Source: an uncultured Nitrososphaerales archaeon (GTDB taxonomy: Archaea; Thermoproteota; Nitrososphaeria; Nitrososphaerales; Nitrososphaeraceae). Taken from it: a stretch of 64,000 nucleotides of DNA. This document shows, one piece after another, positions 45,101 through 58,132 of the stretch. Both the position numbers and the translations under genes were made by a program. Under the pieces are notes generated by a model. The model saw nothing but the letters and a program-made list of their open reading frames with translations, did no database searches and was not told the DNA's origin. Numbering within the stretch: position 1 is the stretch's first letter; the number at the start of each line of letters is the position of its first letter. The stretch covers positions 64,001-128,000 of the forward strand of contig CAVQMO010000012.1 of assembly GCA_963713605.1 (NCBI GenBank), given 5' to 3'.

Positions 45101-47041
45101 TCAACACCCAAGGCCAATCTTGTAGTTTTGTATTAAATCAAGTAACTGTTGTATACTACCATCATAGTATTGATTGTATCTACTATTTTGCAATAGCTCC
45201 AAAAGCCTAGCCATTTGAGAATCTAAATATTGGCATATATTGTTAATATTACCAGGAGGATTACCATTATCACCATTTCCGTTCTCATCGTTTTGAATAG
45301 GAGGGACGTATACTAATGGCTCGGCTATTCCATCAACATCACCAGTAAAGTATCCTCCTCTTCCTTGTTGGTCACAAATAGAGGATGGCTTATTTGCCAT
45401 TTGTATAAGCGCATTTTTTACATCCGCTGCAGAAGCGCTGGGGCTGGCTGCCTTAATCAAACCAGCCACACCGGAAACATGTGCTACAGACATACTTGTA
45501 CCACTGACTGTTGCATACCCTCCTCCTATGTATGTAGACACGATGTTGACTCCCGGAGCAGCCAAAGATACAGTAGACCCATAATTACTAAAGCTGGCAA
45601 AAGTGTCATCTGCTCCAAAACTAGTGGACGACCCAATCCCTCCACATTTACCATCGGAATCAGCAATAGCAGATACTGCTATAACGTTGTTGATATTCGC
45701 TGGCGAAAAGGTGGATGCATCAATACGACCGTTTCCTGCTGCTGCTACAAATGTGATCCCTTTTGATATGAGATATTGAATAGCCAGATCCAAAGCAGTC
45801 GAATAGCAGTTATTGCATCCAAAGCTCATATTTATTACGTCTACTTCTGATGTGTGTTGTCCTAGATAATCGATGCCTTTTATTATGTTAGATATGAGAC
45901 CTTGACCATTACTATCAAGTACTTTAACTGCCCATAATCTCGCCCCTGGAGCTATTCCTACTACTCCTAAATTGTTATCTCTGGCTGCAGCTATTCCAGC
46001 TACATGAGTACCATGACCATTGTCATCGTCTGCAGACTGAGTTCCAGGTACGAGTGATATCTGATTGTATACATTAAGAAGGTCAGGATGGTCTAAATCG
46101 ATGCCGGTATCCAGAAGGGCGATGTCTACATTAACTGGATCATCGGGATATTGATCATCATTACTTAAAACAGAAGGGTGAACCCTATTAACTCCTGTCG
46201 GGATTGTTGTTGTTGTTGTTGTTGTCCCTGTCCTTGGTCTTGTTGTTGCTGCAGTAGTTGCTCCTGCTGCTGTAGAGTCGAGTATGACTGTTCATTTAAT
46301 TGTTGAGGGATGAATATTGGCTGTTCGAGCTGTGGTGGCAGTATTGACGGTGGCAACAAGGGGTGTTGTTGAAGTTGCTGCTGCGTATGTACGTACGGCA
46401 GTTCAACACTAGGAATAGGTGCCGACTGATCCTGCGGTACGACGGGAAATAATGGATCCAATACTTGTCGCTGTAGCTGTTGGTTGAATCTTGTGACTTT
46501 AGATGGCAGCATTTCTAATGATTCAGACTCGTATTGTTGAGGATCGTTAGAGAAAAATTGTTGACCGTATACTACCCTATCTTGTTCAACAAATGCCACA
46601 CGAGGATCGTTTGCGAGAGAGTTAAAATCCTGCTGATCAGACACCGAAACCGTAAATCCTTTGATTGTAGAATCATAGACATCAAGTATGCTTGCGCAGT
46701 ACCCTGAAGGTGAAATCATTTCGTTAGCCATTGCATACACCGTATCTACATTACTCTGATCTTTTAGCACAACAATAAACTGATTAGGCACGGTACTTGG
46801 ATTTCCTATGTCTGGACCGGAGGATAAAGCAGAACTAGTGACAGGAGCACGACCAGGTACTTTGCTGCCCAACGATATTTGATTGCTCTTGCATATACTG
46901 GAAAGGAGGATAATGGATTTGAGCATAAACTATCCATATTTGGCTATTTATTAAGCATGCGACTAATGTGAGAATGGCGATGACTAGGGTTAGTCTATAA
47001 ATAAAACTGCTATGAACCAAGTAATAAGACAAATACTTCAA
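45101..47041 (-). CDS. Secreted S8 subtilase with I9 propeptide and Gln/Pro-rich linker, frameshifted near 46865 and 46205
   Basis: Signal peptide; VPNQFIVVLK..DPRVAFVEQD; LLDTGID, GHGTHVAG (frame upstream of 45829) and GTSMS. Confidence 0.88.
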
Positions 47042-47590
47042 GTATTAGCATATGTATGCCAATATTCATTTAAGGTTTCTTACATAATCTGGAAAGAAAG
47101 AACCCAGAAAAGGTGAAAAGTGTCTGAGTACTGACGACGGAGGGCCCTGACCGGCTGGACTTGTGGTAATGAGCTACCTACATTATTGATGACATGCCAG
47201 GACCCAAAAATGCATGGGTACAAAGGGTAATAAGCCGCGTAAAGTGTCATTAAGTTTCATCCGTCACTGCAAAAGCTGATAGTTTCTTTGAGAACAGTAG
47301 TAGTTATCGATGACTAGAAGCCTGGACAAACAACAAACATCGCATGATGATATACTTGATACATTTAGGCTTGCTTTATGCAACTATGAACCTCCCAAGA
47401 ATTGATACATAAAATAATATGTATTCTATGCTCTTTCTTTACTGACCACAAGAGGTGACACCAGCCTTTTTTAACTGCGGGCAATGTGTTCGATAACCTG
47501 CGACGAGTTTGAGAATATCACATATACAGTGAGTATTTGAGCCCCCTTATTGATACAAAGGTTATATTATATGTCAGCTCTACTGGAATA

Positions 47591-48098
47591 ATGTATTCAA
47601 TGAACCAAAAGTGTGTTGTTGCTGTAGTACTTTCCTCTTTCATTTCAATAGCAGCAGCCGCTTCAGGATTGACAAACGAGGTATTAGGTCAACAACAACA
47701 ACAAAACACTACAAGTGCCAACGCTACCTCATCCAATCAAACGCAAGGAGCAGGCCCAGGACCTATGGCTGCCCTAACACAATCAGATTTCGAAGAACTA
47801 ACAGGTAACTTAAATTCAGCACGTGAAGCCATACAAGACAATGATCTTGCGGGAGCAGTCGGCGATTTAGGTTCTGCAGAAACTGAAGTACGAATTTTCA
47901 TGACACAAGTTGGAGGAGAGGATAGTACCTGGCGGGCAACAACTATTGAAATTATTAAATCACATAAACGCGGCTCAGGATGCTTCAGGTAATAATGATA
48001 CTATGAAAGTATTCCAAAGAATAAACACGGCAGATACTGAATTACTTAAGATAACACAAAAACTTCCATCAGGAGAAGACGAAGACGAAGACGATTAA
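47591..48098 (+). CDS. Secreted helical protein, frameshifted near 47930
   Basis: Signal peptide, poly-Q with NxT sequons, two helical hairpins and an acidic tail. Confidence 0.6.
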
Positions 48099-48558
48099 GA
48101 AGTAAGAAAATTAATCCTCTATTTTTCTCGGAGTCTATCTGTACGAAGTGATACGTCAATCTTTATCTCTGCAGTCATGACATTAGTTAGTTAGTCTGCC
48201 AGTAGACGCCAACCATGGTACTCTATTACTGCTTGCTGGTTACTATTCTTGTCATTTTCGCTTTGCTTTATGAACTCCATAAAGTTTGTACAATCCATTA
48301 TGCAGTTACAATAAATGCAAATCCATCTCATTGCTCTAAGAATATTACATACTCTGTTTATATAAGATTCTTATATTATAGTTCTCCAATAATGTTGTGA
48401 ACTAAGTTCACAGTCCTGTTCATAGATTTCTTCTTGAAGTAGGATCAGTTTTTAGGATCTTTTTCTATTTTATACTAGGGAATAATTATAATAATGAACC
48501 TCTCGCTGGCCTGTTTAGCAAACGATCATAGGGCATGTAAATGGAGTGATAACATTAC

Positions 48559-48882
48559 TTGCGAATGTCGCTGCCACCCTGTAAATCGACGATAGAAAAG
48601 AAGTTGTCCGGCACTGATGATGATGACGACCTACCAAGTGAAGTAGAGATAAATGAATGGACCCGAAAGTCAAGGAAGGAAGGCATATGCGGTATAGTAA
48701 ATTGCGTCAACAAGCAAATCACTCAATGTAAAAAATGCACTAACTATTATTGTTCAGAACATTTTCCCCCACACCTTGACCTATTACCAGACAGCAGCGA
48801 CTTTGAATACAATAGTAATAGCAGTTCAAATGATGGTCTCGAACTTTATATGGAAGAGGATGAATCTAATGACTTGGATTGA
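48559..48882 (+). CDS. Acidic protein with an AN1-like zinc finger
   Basis: CGIVNC..CKKCTNYYCSEH..H. Confidence 0.6.
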   Translation: MRMSLPPCKSTIEKKLSGTDDDDDLPSEVEINEWTRKSRKEGICGIVNCVNKQITQCKKCTNYYCSEHFPPHLDLLPDSSDFEYNSNSSSNDGLELYMEEDESNDLD

Positions 48883-49077
48883 CGTTACTAGTTAGAGAGC
48901 AACAAAGTCCTGGGCGTGAAAGTGTTAAAACATTATGGCCAAAATAAGATTTTAAGTTAATAGTTGACAAGTAAAGTATCCCATACGTATGGTTTATAGA
49001 ATAGTAAAGAAGCAATGTAATAAGGAAAATATGTCACTCTTTCATTACTAATACCATCATCATCATCTTTATTTGTA

Positions 49078-49443
49078 TTAGTCTGTGCCCCAGGGATTTT
49101 CAATAACCATCTGACTGGCGACGTAAAACTATAGTTCCTCTGCCAACAGAATTAATTCGGCCTTATTAGCGGGTTTAGTTCCAGCAATCGACCATTCCGT
49201 GGTTAGAAGTGCAAGATCGCTTGCATGAATTACTCTTTTTACTTTGGCTTCTAGTCTAGCTCCCATGTTAATGAAACTTTGTAGAATCCGGCGTATACTA
49301 TTCAGATCATTAACAACTTGTCCTGGCTCAGAAGCAAAGCATGCATCTTTTTCATACAGCGTCATCAAGAAGTTAGTGTTTCCTTTATTGAATTCTTCTA
49401 CTTGTGAATTGAGCAAGTCTTCCGGGGTCAGAAATTCTGACAT
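49078..49443 (-). CDS. SnoaL/NTF2-like (DUF4440/YybH) protein, 3' end frameshifted
   Basis: FNKGN..LYEKDA, DLALLTTEW and a shifted VLRRQSDG..IENPWG. Confidence 0.75.
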
Positions 49444-49897
49444 TGGTATTACATTTTCGTATTCCTAGTAAATGTCATTCGCATTCGCATAGATTCAATC
49501 ATACGTAGACCACTTCTTCTTAATATCAAGGGCTGCGATTAAAGGTTTGTCGCTATCCATTTCCGCTATACATGAAGTAAAGAAGGAAGGTAAACCGTAA
49601 TGGCAAGGCTAACAAGTACCCATGTTTGTTTCTAAATAACTACGATCCTTATTAGTAATCTGGAGAAAATAATATACATAATATCTGAAAACACAGATTT
49701 TGAAACTATTTCACCGCTAGTTTCCCTTTATTTTAATAGAGCCATTTGTCCTGAAAACCGGGTTCTGGGGGAGACGGGAACTTGGCTGATAACCGAGTCT
49801 CGTTCAATTATTATTATCACTCCTAAGTTTTCTGTAACGTGCGTCCACGATGATCTTTATAAGGAATGCTGTGTATGATACGTAAAAGTGAAGTATA

Positions 49898-50071
49898 ATG
49901 GGCAAATGGAAATGCCTGTGGTGTTCTAAGGTTCTGGAAGGTGATTCTTTTATGGACCTGGTCACTGTCTATACAGATAACAATGAACGACCACATGCTT
50001 GGGAAAATATAACCTTAGTTGAAGAAGAAGCCGCATTAGCGAATAAATTATTGCCTAGCCTTCATTCCTGA
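49898..50071 (+). CDS. 57-aa CxxC microprotein (below the ORF-track cutoff)
   Basis: MGKWKCLWCSKVLEGDSF..; paralogue at 1132-1279. Confidence 0.7.
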   Translation: MGKWKCLWCSKVLEGDSFMDLVTVYTDNNERPHAWENITLVEEEAALANKLLPSLHS

Positions 50072-50420
50072 TTTGCTTTTTACTCCGGTATAATTCAGGA
50101 CGGTAAAATAGAATAGTCCTTATTTCACTACACTTTCAATACGAGCATCAAGACCCAATGTTTGATATTCCCGTGCAGTTTATCATTTTTATTTCACGTA
50201 TCTCATTTTTCATCATGGAGCTTGGATTGACCGGGATCTAGATGTAACACGTTATTAAGTGGAAGAATCTTTGGAACAAAAAATACGGAAGCAGATTATG
50301 ATATAGTAATTGAAGAGCTATGAACACAAGAAAAATAGTGCATAGGCTCTACTGGTCTTTATTCTAAATTGATGACTATATATTCCGTTATTTCTCTTCT
50401 GACTAGGATTCAACGGACTC

Positions 50421-50657
50421 CTAGACGTCTCCACCGTTTTCGCCGGCATTATCTACGGAGTCGTCTGCATCATGTTCCAAATCTGCAACAACATCATCTC
50501 CAACATTCTTAACTGTATAGTCTACACCGTCTAAGTGACCAAGGGTTATGTCTAGCACCTCAAATGATACTTTAGTGCCTCTCAAGATAGTTACCGAAGT
50601 CGCTGCGATTGTCACCAACAATATACAAAATATGTTTTTCTGTTGGTTTGCCTCATT
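50421..50657 (-). CDS. Small acidic exported protein, probably frameshifted at the 5' end
   Basis: Hydrophobic N-terminus and Asp-rich tail. Confidence 0.35.
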   Translation of the reverse strand, partial: NEANQQKNIFCILLVTIAATSVTILRGTKVSFEVLDITLGHLDGVDYTVKNVGDDVVADLEHDADDSVDNAGENGGDV

Positions 50658-50949
50658 GCAGATTTTTATTCAAGTCGTGACTAATAAATATTGGTTTAAT
50701 GCATAAAACATTTTATACTACTGGGCGACAATGAGTTAAAGATATAATACTTGTAATACTTGTAAATCCAACAATATCATTGACATTCTTAAGGAAAGCA
50801 ATTGAAACTGTTTTAACTTGTAATAAGATAGATGGTTGTAGCTAGATTATTCTTTCGAAGATGGTAGAGTAGAAACGTCTGCTTAGGGGCGGCATTGCTA
50901 AGATTTCTATCTTTTAATACCCCTTATAATAAGGAAACTATCAACACCT

Positions 50950-51222
50950 ATGAACTAAAACGTCAACGAATAAGAATGACTCAAGTACAACTATTATATA
51001 GTTTGTAGTTTTAATTTCGGCTACATTATTTGTAGCGGCAATCACTTTAGCAGCAGCGGCAGTAACATCTGTAGGTGGAATATCTATGGTTGCACCTGCA
51101 TCTGCACAAGGTGAAAATATGACTGGTAGCGGCAACGCCACTGGAGGAAGTGTGCCCCCACCCCACCCGATACAAGCGGTGGAATGGCATCACCACTTCC
51201 TCCTCCATCAATGACACCATAA
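50950..51222 (+). pseudogene. Second copy of the secreted PPSMTP peptide family, disrupted
   Basis: Hydrophobic segment, APASAQGENMTGSGNATGG, then a shifted GGMASPLPPPSMTP; TAG at 50999-51001 and indels. Confidence 0.65.
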
Positions 51223-51424
51223 GTCGCATGCATATTTACAAATAGTAACTGCGACTATACCTATTTTTTTTCATTATATCATTTGGACTCGCCAAGTAGT
51301 GTACCTACAGTTGATACCTTAAAGGAGCTTTACTTGGGTTTCAATTGCAAAGCATACTCTAAATAGATATAGAGATTGGTTTAATAATAAGAATGGCTTG
51401 GAGATCTAGAAAGGAGAGAATCAA

Positions 51425-51921
51425 ATGAGTCTTGAGAAGAATCCTACTACCGGCAAAGTCCTCGAACTTTTCGGACCACCTGTTGAATTTCTGACATCGC
51501 CCCAGGACTCACAAAATGACTTCTGTATACTCAAGGGCACGATCCACCCGGCATCTCTGTTCCGCTTCACACTCACGCCGACACAGAGGATTTTCTCGTC
51601 ATCTCTGGTGAGATAGAGGGATTGAGGCAAGACAGTGAGGGCTACAAGTGGATCGGAGCAAAAACGGGCGATTACATCCATGTACCTTCTAACGCACGGC
51701 ATGCATGGCGCAACGTCTCCAACAAACCTGCTCTAGTTCATATTATCACTACCAAAAGGATGGGACACTTCTTTGAAGAGTCAGGAAGACCAGAGTCTAA
51801 CACTCCTCAGCCTGTAACGTCCGAAGATCTTGCGCGTTTCGCAGAGATCAGTACAAGATATGGATATTGGAACGCTTCTTCCGAAGAGAATGCTTCAGTT
51901 GGGATACGGATGAGTTTCTAA
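51425..51921 (+). CDS. Cupin-domain protein, frameshifted near 51550
   Basis: Shifted PLHTHADTEDFLVISG and GDYIHVPSNARHAWRN. Confidence 0.85.
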
Positions 51922-52428
51922 ATAGTCTACAATTGGGGTTACTAACTTTATTGCCACCCTATGTGGTAAACTGTAGGCCTCGTCAGTTAGTTACGCTAAT
52001 CAATCGAGGATTATTGCGTATTCTCATGAAAAAGGACCATATTGACATTATGAAATTATCATTCTAAATTTAAGCGGATGATTCTGCGCGTAATGTGTGC
52101 TATAGCTAGGCGCTGCCGTCGTGTAGTTACAACATCTGGAGGAACTGTTCACATGTCATCTATATCGAATATGACTCCTTAAATTCCTAGAGTTATTTTT
52201 GCATCGATAAGTGCTCAATGACTGAATGGTATATCATGATCGCCTTCATAGTATGTCTCTATTTCTGCATTGATCAATCGGAACATACCATTGCCTATAA
52301 TACTGAGTGGAGATATCCAATTTGCATTAGAAGAGTATCATTTAAACTCATCTCGTTTTTTACTGTTTAAGCTTATCACAAGAACAAAATATATAGTCTC
52401 AATACATATAGTGATTTTGAAGTATAAT

Positions 52429-53451
52429 ATGCAAGGAATTCACCTATCTTGTTATGTATTGTCATGCTTTGTTGTCGGTTTACTGTTGTTATCTCTTATT
52501 TTTGGACAGGTAGCATTGCCGATACTAGATTTAAGCGTATCAGGCCAAACAGAAAATTATACTTTCTTGATGGCATTAGATTCTGCAAACTTTGAGGACG
52601 AAGGCACTAATAGCGGTGATTTACTTCTTCAGCCCGAAGGTATAGACGTAGATAAAGACGGTAATGTTTTTGTAAATGAGATAGGCGAAAATCGTATCAA
52701 CATATTTGATGCAAACGGCACACTCATAACCACATGGGGGTCAGCAGGAGAGGATTTTGGACAATTCAGTCATCCTCATGGAAATGAGGTAGAGGATGAC
52801 AATAACAATACTGATAAAGTTTATGTCTACATAGCAGATCAAAACAATGACCGCATTCAGAAGTTCTCCAAGAATGGCACTTTTATTACCCAGTGGGGTG
52901 AGGAGGGAGAAGGTGATGGCCAGTTTTTGCATACACATGGGATAGATCTTGATTCAGAAGGAAACGTCTATGTAAGTGACCGAGATCAACCAAGTATTCA
53001 AAAATTCTCTAGTGATGGGACATTCATCAAGAAATGGGGTTCACAAGGAACGTTAGAGGGACAGTTCATTCAGCCTTGGGACGTTTCAGTCAGTTCTGAT
53101 GATAAGGTATTTGTACCTGATTTTGGAAACAATCGGATACAAATATTTTCAAAAGATGGTGATTTCATAACCTCCTGGGGAACTGCTGGATCAGGCCCCG
53201 GGCAATTTGATGGACCTGCCGTAGTAGCATTTGATTCTGAAGGTAATGTATACGTGACTGATTCTGGCAACCAACGTGTACAGAAATTCACTAGCACTGG
53301 AGAATTTATTACCCAGTGGGGTAAAGAGGGACAGGGAAATGGTCAGTTTTCCATGCCCGAAGGTCTTGCAGTAGACTCTTTATCAGGCAGAGTATATGTA
53401 TCTGATACAAGCAATAACAATGTTCAGGTTTTTATTCCTTCAATCAAATAA
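52429..53451 (+). CDS. Exported NHL-repeat six-bladed beta-propeller protein
   Basis: Repeated WGxxGxxxGQFxxPxG(I/V)xxDxxGNVYVxD; N-terminal TM or signal. Confidence 0.92.
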   Translation: MQGIHLSCYVLSCFVVGLLLLSLIFGQVALPILDLSVSGQTENYTFLMALDSANFEDEGTNSGDLLLQPEGIDVDKDGNVFVNEIGENRINIFDANGTLITTWGSAGEDFGQFSHPHGNEVEDDNNNTDKVYVYIADQNNDRIQKFSKNGTFITQWGEEGEGDGQFLHTHGIDLDSEGNVYVSDRDQPSIQKFSSDGTFIKKWGSQGTLEGQFIQPWDVSVSSDDKVFVPDFGNNRIQIFSKDGDFITSWGTAGSGPGQFDGPAVVAFDSEGNVYVTDSGNQRVQKFTSTGEFITQWGKEGQGNGQFSMPEGLAVDSLSGRVYVSDTSNNNVQVFIPSIK

Positions 53452-54215
53452 GAAGAACCGCTCATAAATTGCAAACTTGAAAACATGAGGAAGCAATGGA
53501 CCTTCGCAAATTCGCAATCCAATTTAATTTTCATCCCTTTCATCCTTTTTTTGATTCTAATGTAAAGGGTTCTTTTTGTATAGGACATACAATTACACAT
53601 GTGTATTACATCCGTGGATGATTGGTAAAGTCGTAGTTAGCTAGGGCTTTGAATTCTGGATACACAAAAGGCGTGACTTGATACTAGCTTTAACGAAATT
53701 GTTAGTCCTCTTTTAGATACTGAAAATAGAAGTAAAGACCATCTTTAATACAAGGTATAAAATTAAGACGTATGGAAATAAATTAAAATACTGATAGAAT
53801 CAAGTTTGTGTGTATCTGTGATATTGCATAGGTTTATTGGATTGTATCTTCAAATGTTTGTCCACTATTATTGCTTCCTGTCAAGAACACTTCCAGTTCC
53901 CACTCTTTTATCCCACAAACTGCTCAACTTTTATCCTGAGTGACCCACAGGGCAGAACAATGTGATGCGGCGCAAACAACAGGATTATCTAGCTTCTAGG
54001 CGATTAAATCACTTGGCAGAAGTAAATGCTTCTGTTGGCAAAATGTATAAGCTTGGACTCTATCTTGTGCAAGCTATACTCTCTGTATTCCTTTCGTATA
54101 ATGCGTTAATTGTAATTTGCAAAAATTCCTTCATCCAAACATGAGTTGTATACTTAAGAATATACTATTGCAATGAAATAGAATATATGCTGCAATAAAT
54201 AGTACATATTCTGTC

Positions 54216-54872
54216 TTGAGAAATAAAGACCAAACCGATCTAATCGAAAGTATCAATCAAAATACTAATGGTCTTCCGAAATTTGCTTACAAGCAATTAA
54301 CACAGCAAATATCAACAGAGAATGCTGTCACCATCATCGAATTTATAAAATGTCAGAAGACCGAGATCAATCCATCTGACTCTTACAAGAGCTTAGTAAT
54401 CAGATCTTTAATTATTCTTATAAAATATTTTAAGAGTAAGAAATTCAAACATATACAAGAATCGATATTATTAATTATCTTGATAGTTTACGAAAGTCTG
54501 AAGAAGCTGATCCAACACATAAATGGATTGGAACTTACAATCTTAGAAGACAAATATTTTTAAAGTTCTTTAAATGGCTATATGATCCGACTGAAGCAGC
54601 AAAAAAGAGAACAATTCCAAAAGTTATGCGAGACATTCCCCCATTAAAGAGAAAAGAACAATCAATCTATAAACCAGACGATCTTTGGAGCCAAGAAGAT
54701 GATCGTATGTTTTTGAAATATTGTCCGGATAAACGTATTCAATGCTATCATGCTATTTCGCGAGATACATCTGCAAGACCAGACGAGATTCTAAAGCTGC
54801 GAGTTAAAGAAATTAACTTTAAGCTCAGCTGGTGACAAAACCTATGCGCAAATATCTGTGAATGGAAAAACA
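54216..54872 (+). mobile_element. Truncated tyrosine integrase, same family as 26595-27918
   Basis: HKWIGTYN, YKPDDLW, SARPDEIL and VNGKT, after which homology stops. Confidence 0.82.
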
Positions 54873-55979
54873 GCTTTGTTGGAAGCCGTCTAACGGCATT
54901 TCCATAAAGCTTGCTGTTACAAATTGATACCAACTGTTATTTTGTATCATCTTATACATACGACTGGTCTACATAGTCTAGCTGATACACCATCTAGACT
55001 ACAATCATATACAGTTCTCTATACATATTCATGTATAGTTTGAATATTATAGAATTTAATGCTGCTGCTTCATCAATAACGATAGACATTATTTTGCATA
55101 TGTAATTATATTAAATGGATGAGCCAGTTATGCTGATAATCCCGGGAGTTCGAGCCAATGATGGTTTTATTCGGAATCGAGCAGCACTGGCGGACAATAA
55201 TATATCTCACCATTATACATATTACATTTAATGTTTCAGGCTGCATTGTAACACTCTATAATTGAGCCCCCTGTGTTTAGACAGCTATTAAACACTAATG
55301 TTCAGGATTTGTTATTCTAAAGGTCTCAGATGAGTCTCTTTCGCCTGAGCCCGCTGAAGCTGATTTTGAATGACTGAAATGATCGAGATAAGGATTCTGG
55401 ATTGTATTGAAACTTTATCACTTTTGGAATAGGATTATCAGGGTCTTGAATAACCAGGGCACCTTTGCCAGCCATGCCTTGAATTTTAGACATCGACCTC
55501 TACTAGTAGAGACTAACTATTTACGTTTTATGTTAAAAGAAGGCAGACATCAACCTCTATTGGGTAAGTTATTAATAATCCACAAAATCTTTGTAAGCCG
55601 CTGCCACATTAAAAAAGGCTCCAATTAACTTTAATTGTTACTCCTGTTATAATGCGATGTACTCGTCGGGAAACTAGATTCCATTTTAATACTATATCCA
55701 TTGTTTTAAACACCAAATCTATTAAGAGATAGATTTGCAAAGAATTTAGGATATACTACCATCATCAATTCTTGTACGTAGGCAGTCCTTCTCTATCTTT
55801 GAAATTCATGCCTGTAAATGCAGAAAGAGAGGTACCACTATCTATGCATTGAGATTTAAATTGCCTACTTAAACTTGGAACATCATGATGAATTATCATT
55901 TCAAGGTTTTTGCGTAGATATGTTCGGTACAGGTTTTCATCGTATTGGCTATATACTTCATTTGATTATCTGAATCAAT

Positions 55980-56025
55980 AGATACCGTTTTACCTTCACT
56001 AGATACCGTTTTACCTTCACTAGAT
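55980..56025. repeat. 21-bp tandem duplication
   Basis: agataccgttttaccttcact occurs twice. Confidence 0.85.
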
Positions 56026-56178
56026 AATGCCTGCATTTCAGTGATTGAAGGAGTCTGATGCTGTGCATATGATGCAAACTCTTTTGGTATTCTTCATCTG
56101 CATCTTTTATCATTTCTTTTTGTTCTTTGGTTGGGCCCGCCTAAACTTGAAAGTTGTCAATTATTATTTCAAGACATT

Positions 56179-57572
56179 TTATTTGGAGATTTGCCTAAAA
56201 TCTAGGGATTTTTCTAGCAGCCACATTCTTTCGAATAACACGCCATAGGCTTGTGTCTTCGATTCATTGTTTACATGCTGGATAAGAAACCGATTCTGAT
56301 AACTTGTATTTTCTGATCCAAGACCCAGGAAATACATGTTATCTGTATCCAAAATTGAGACAATCTCATTTGAGTTCAAGGGACTGTCAAAATATTTAAT
56401 TGACATTGCTGGCGATTCCTCTATTGATGGATAAGAGGTGTTGATGGAATCTTCTCCTTTTCTTCGAACTTAGTAGAAGGTAAAAGAATGCGTACGTTTA
56501 ATGATTTATTTTTTCTTTTCAATTCAACCAAAATATTGATAAAATTAATTATTTCCTTGTTTGAGATGATATATTGAGGAATTAAAATATCAACCTGTTC
56601 TTTAGCTTTTTCCGTTATATTTTTCATAGCCCTTAAAGTTTCATTTAAATCCTCGAATTCTTCTGCAAAATCGTTTGCTGAATTATTACGATCTAAGTCC
56701 ATCTCCTGTTCATTTTTTAAACTTTCAGAGAATTTCTTATACTCAAGCATTTGTTTTAACTTACTAAACCATATTATTGACGCAATCAAAAGAATATATG
56801 CAAAAGTATAGAAAAAAGACCACAACCATTCAGTATTCTGAATTAATTCATCATTTAATGCACTAAAATTATAGGCCATATCTGTTGCAGCTATTATGAA
56901 AACAGACAATGCTATTAGCAGCCAATGAAAAATAAATGGATCATTTTTTGGTGTATATAATATGATAGGTATACAAGGAAAGATAAGTACAGCGTCACTA
57001 ATATAATACGCCGCATTAGTAACAAACTCTATTGGGGAATCTGGGTAATACAGCTCGTAATTGTAAATGGCATCACCTAATAGGTAAATGGGAAAAATGC
57101 AAGCCAAAATACCTAGGTAAACAAATGAATTAGCTTTCATAATATTCCTCTTTAAACGAAGGATACTAAATAGATGAAATGAAAGAAACACCGTTGCCGG
57201 CAGATAAAAGAAGTCCGCTATTGATGGAAAAGGGGCCGGTATTCCTGCGAAAAATTGGTAATAAATATAAATTAGTCCTCCAATTGACAAACATATTAGT
57301 GTTAGAAAAATGAATCTAAATCTATGAATTTCTGTTTTTTCCAGTTTTGTGTATAAGAGCAACTTTAGCACAATTATTGTACCAACTATAGGCACTACTG
57401 TCATAGGTATGGTATTAAAAGCCCCACTTCTTTCGACATCGATAAAAAATATTATGATATACGCAAGAAAAGCACCTAAACATGCAGGTAATAAAAACCC
57501 TCGCAATAGCAGTTTGAGTTCATAAGAAGTAATAAGTAAAATCTTTGATGATGCAGTGTTAAGATCCTGCAT
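56179..57572 (-). CDS. Multi-pass membrane sensor-like protein with a C-terminal TrmB/PLD-like domain, frameshifted near 56430
   Basis: 7-8 TM segments with PFPSIADFFYL; then EKAKEQVDIL, NVRILLP and YGVLFERMW; no kinase domain follows. Confidence 0.65.
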
Positions 57573-58132
57573 TGTGTAAAGAAGATTTAATAGTATTGTT
57601 ATATTAAGTCTTTCTTGGGTCCTTTCTTGGGCCCGGAATCATCTACCCAGTTTCAAGGACAGACAAGATGGATATAAAGAATTCTAAGAGAAATAATCAC
57701 TGACCTATAATCGTGCATCCAACTTCCATTCATAAAGACCTGAAGGTGGTCAGAACCATCAGCGGCATCAGTAACGACTCGTTGCGTTCCGTTCTTTGGA
57801 TGTGATGCGTTTTCTTGTCCCATATTTGGCGACCACTTATATGCATATGATTATCGCATTGGCCTTATTAGTCTAAGTTTAGTCTTCTTTAATCATTCTT
57901 CATGTTGTTCTTCTTCATAAGATCCTGCTGCTTTTGCTGTTGCCGTTTGGACACCATGGCTAACTAGATCTCGATTGAGAATCTATGCGCATAGGATCTC
58001 TTTCACTATTAAAACAAATTGGAATAGTATCAGTTATAGTTCATTTATAGAATATACCATACTGTAAATATAATAAATTTTAATGCATAGTTCTGATGTC
58101 TCAACTATCTATCATCCTAGGTTTTTCTGTTC

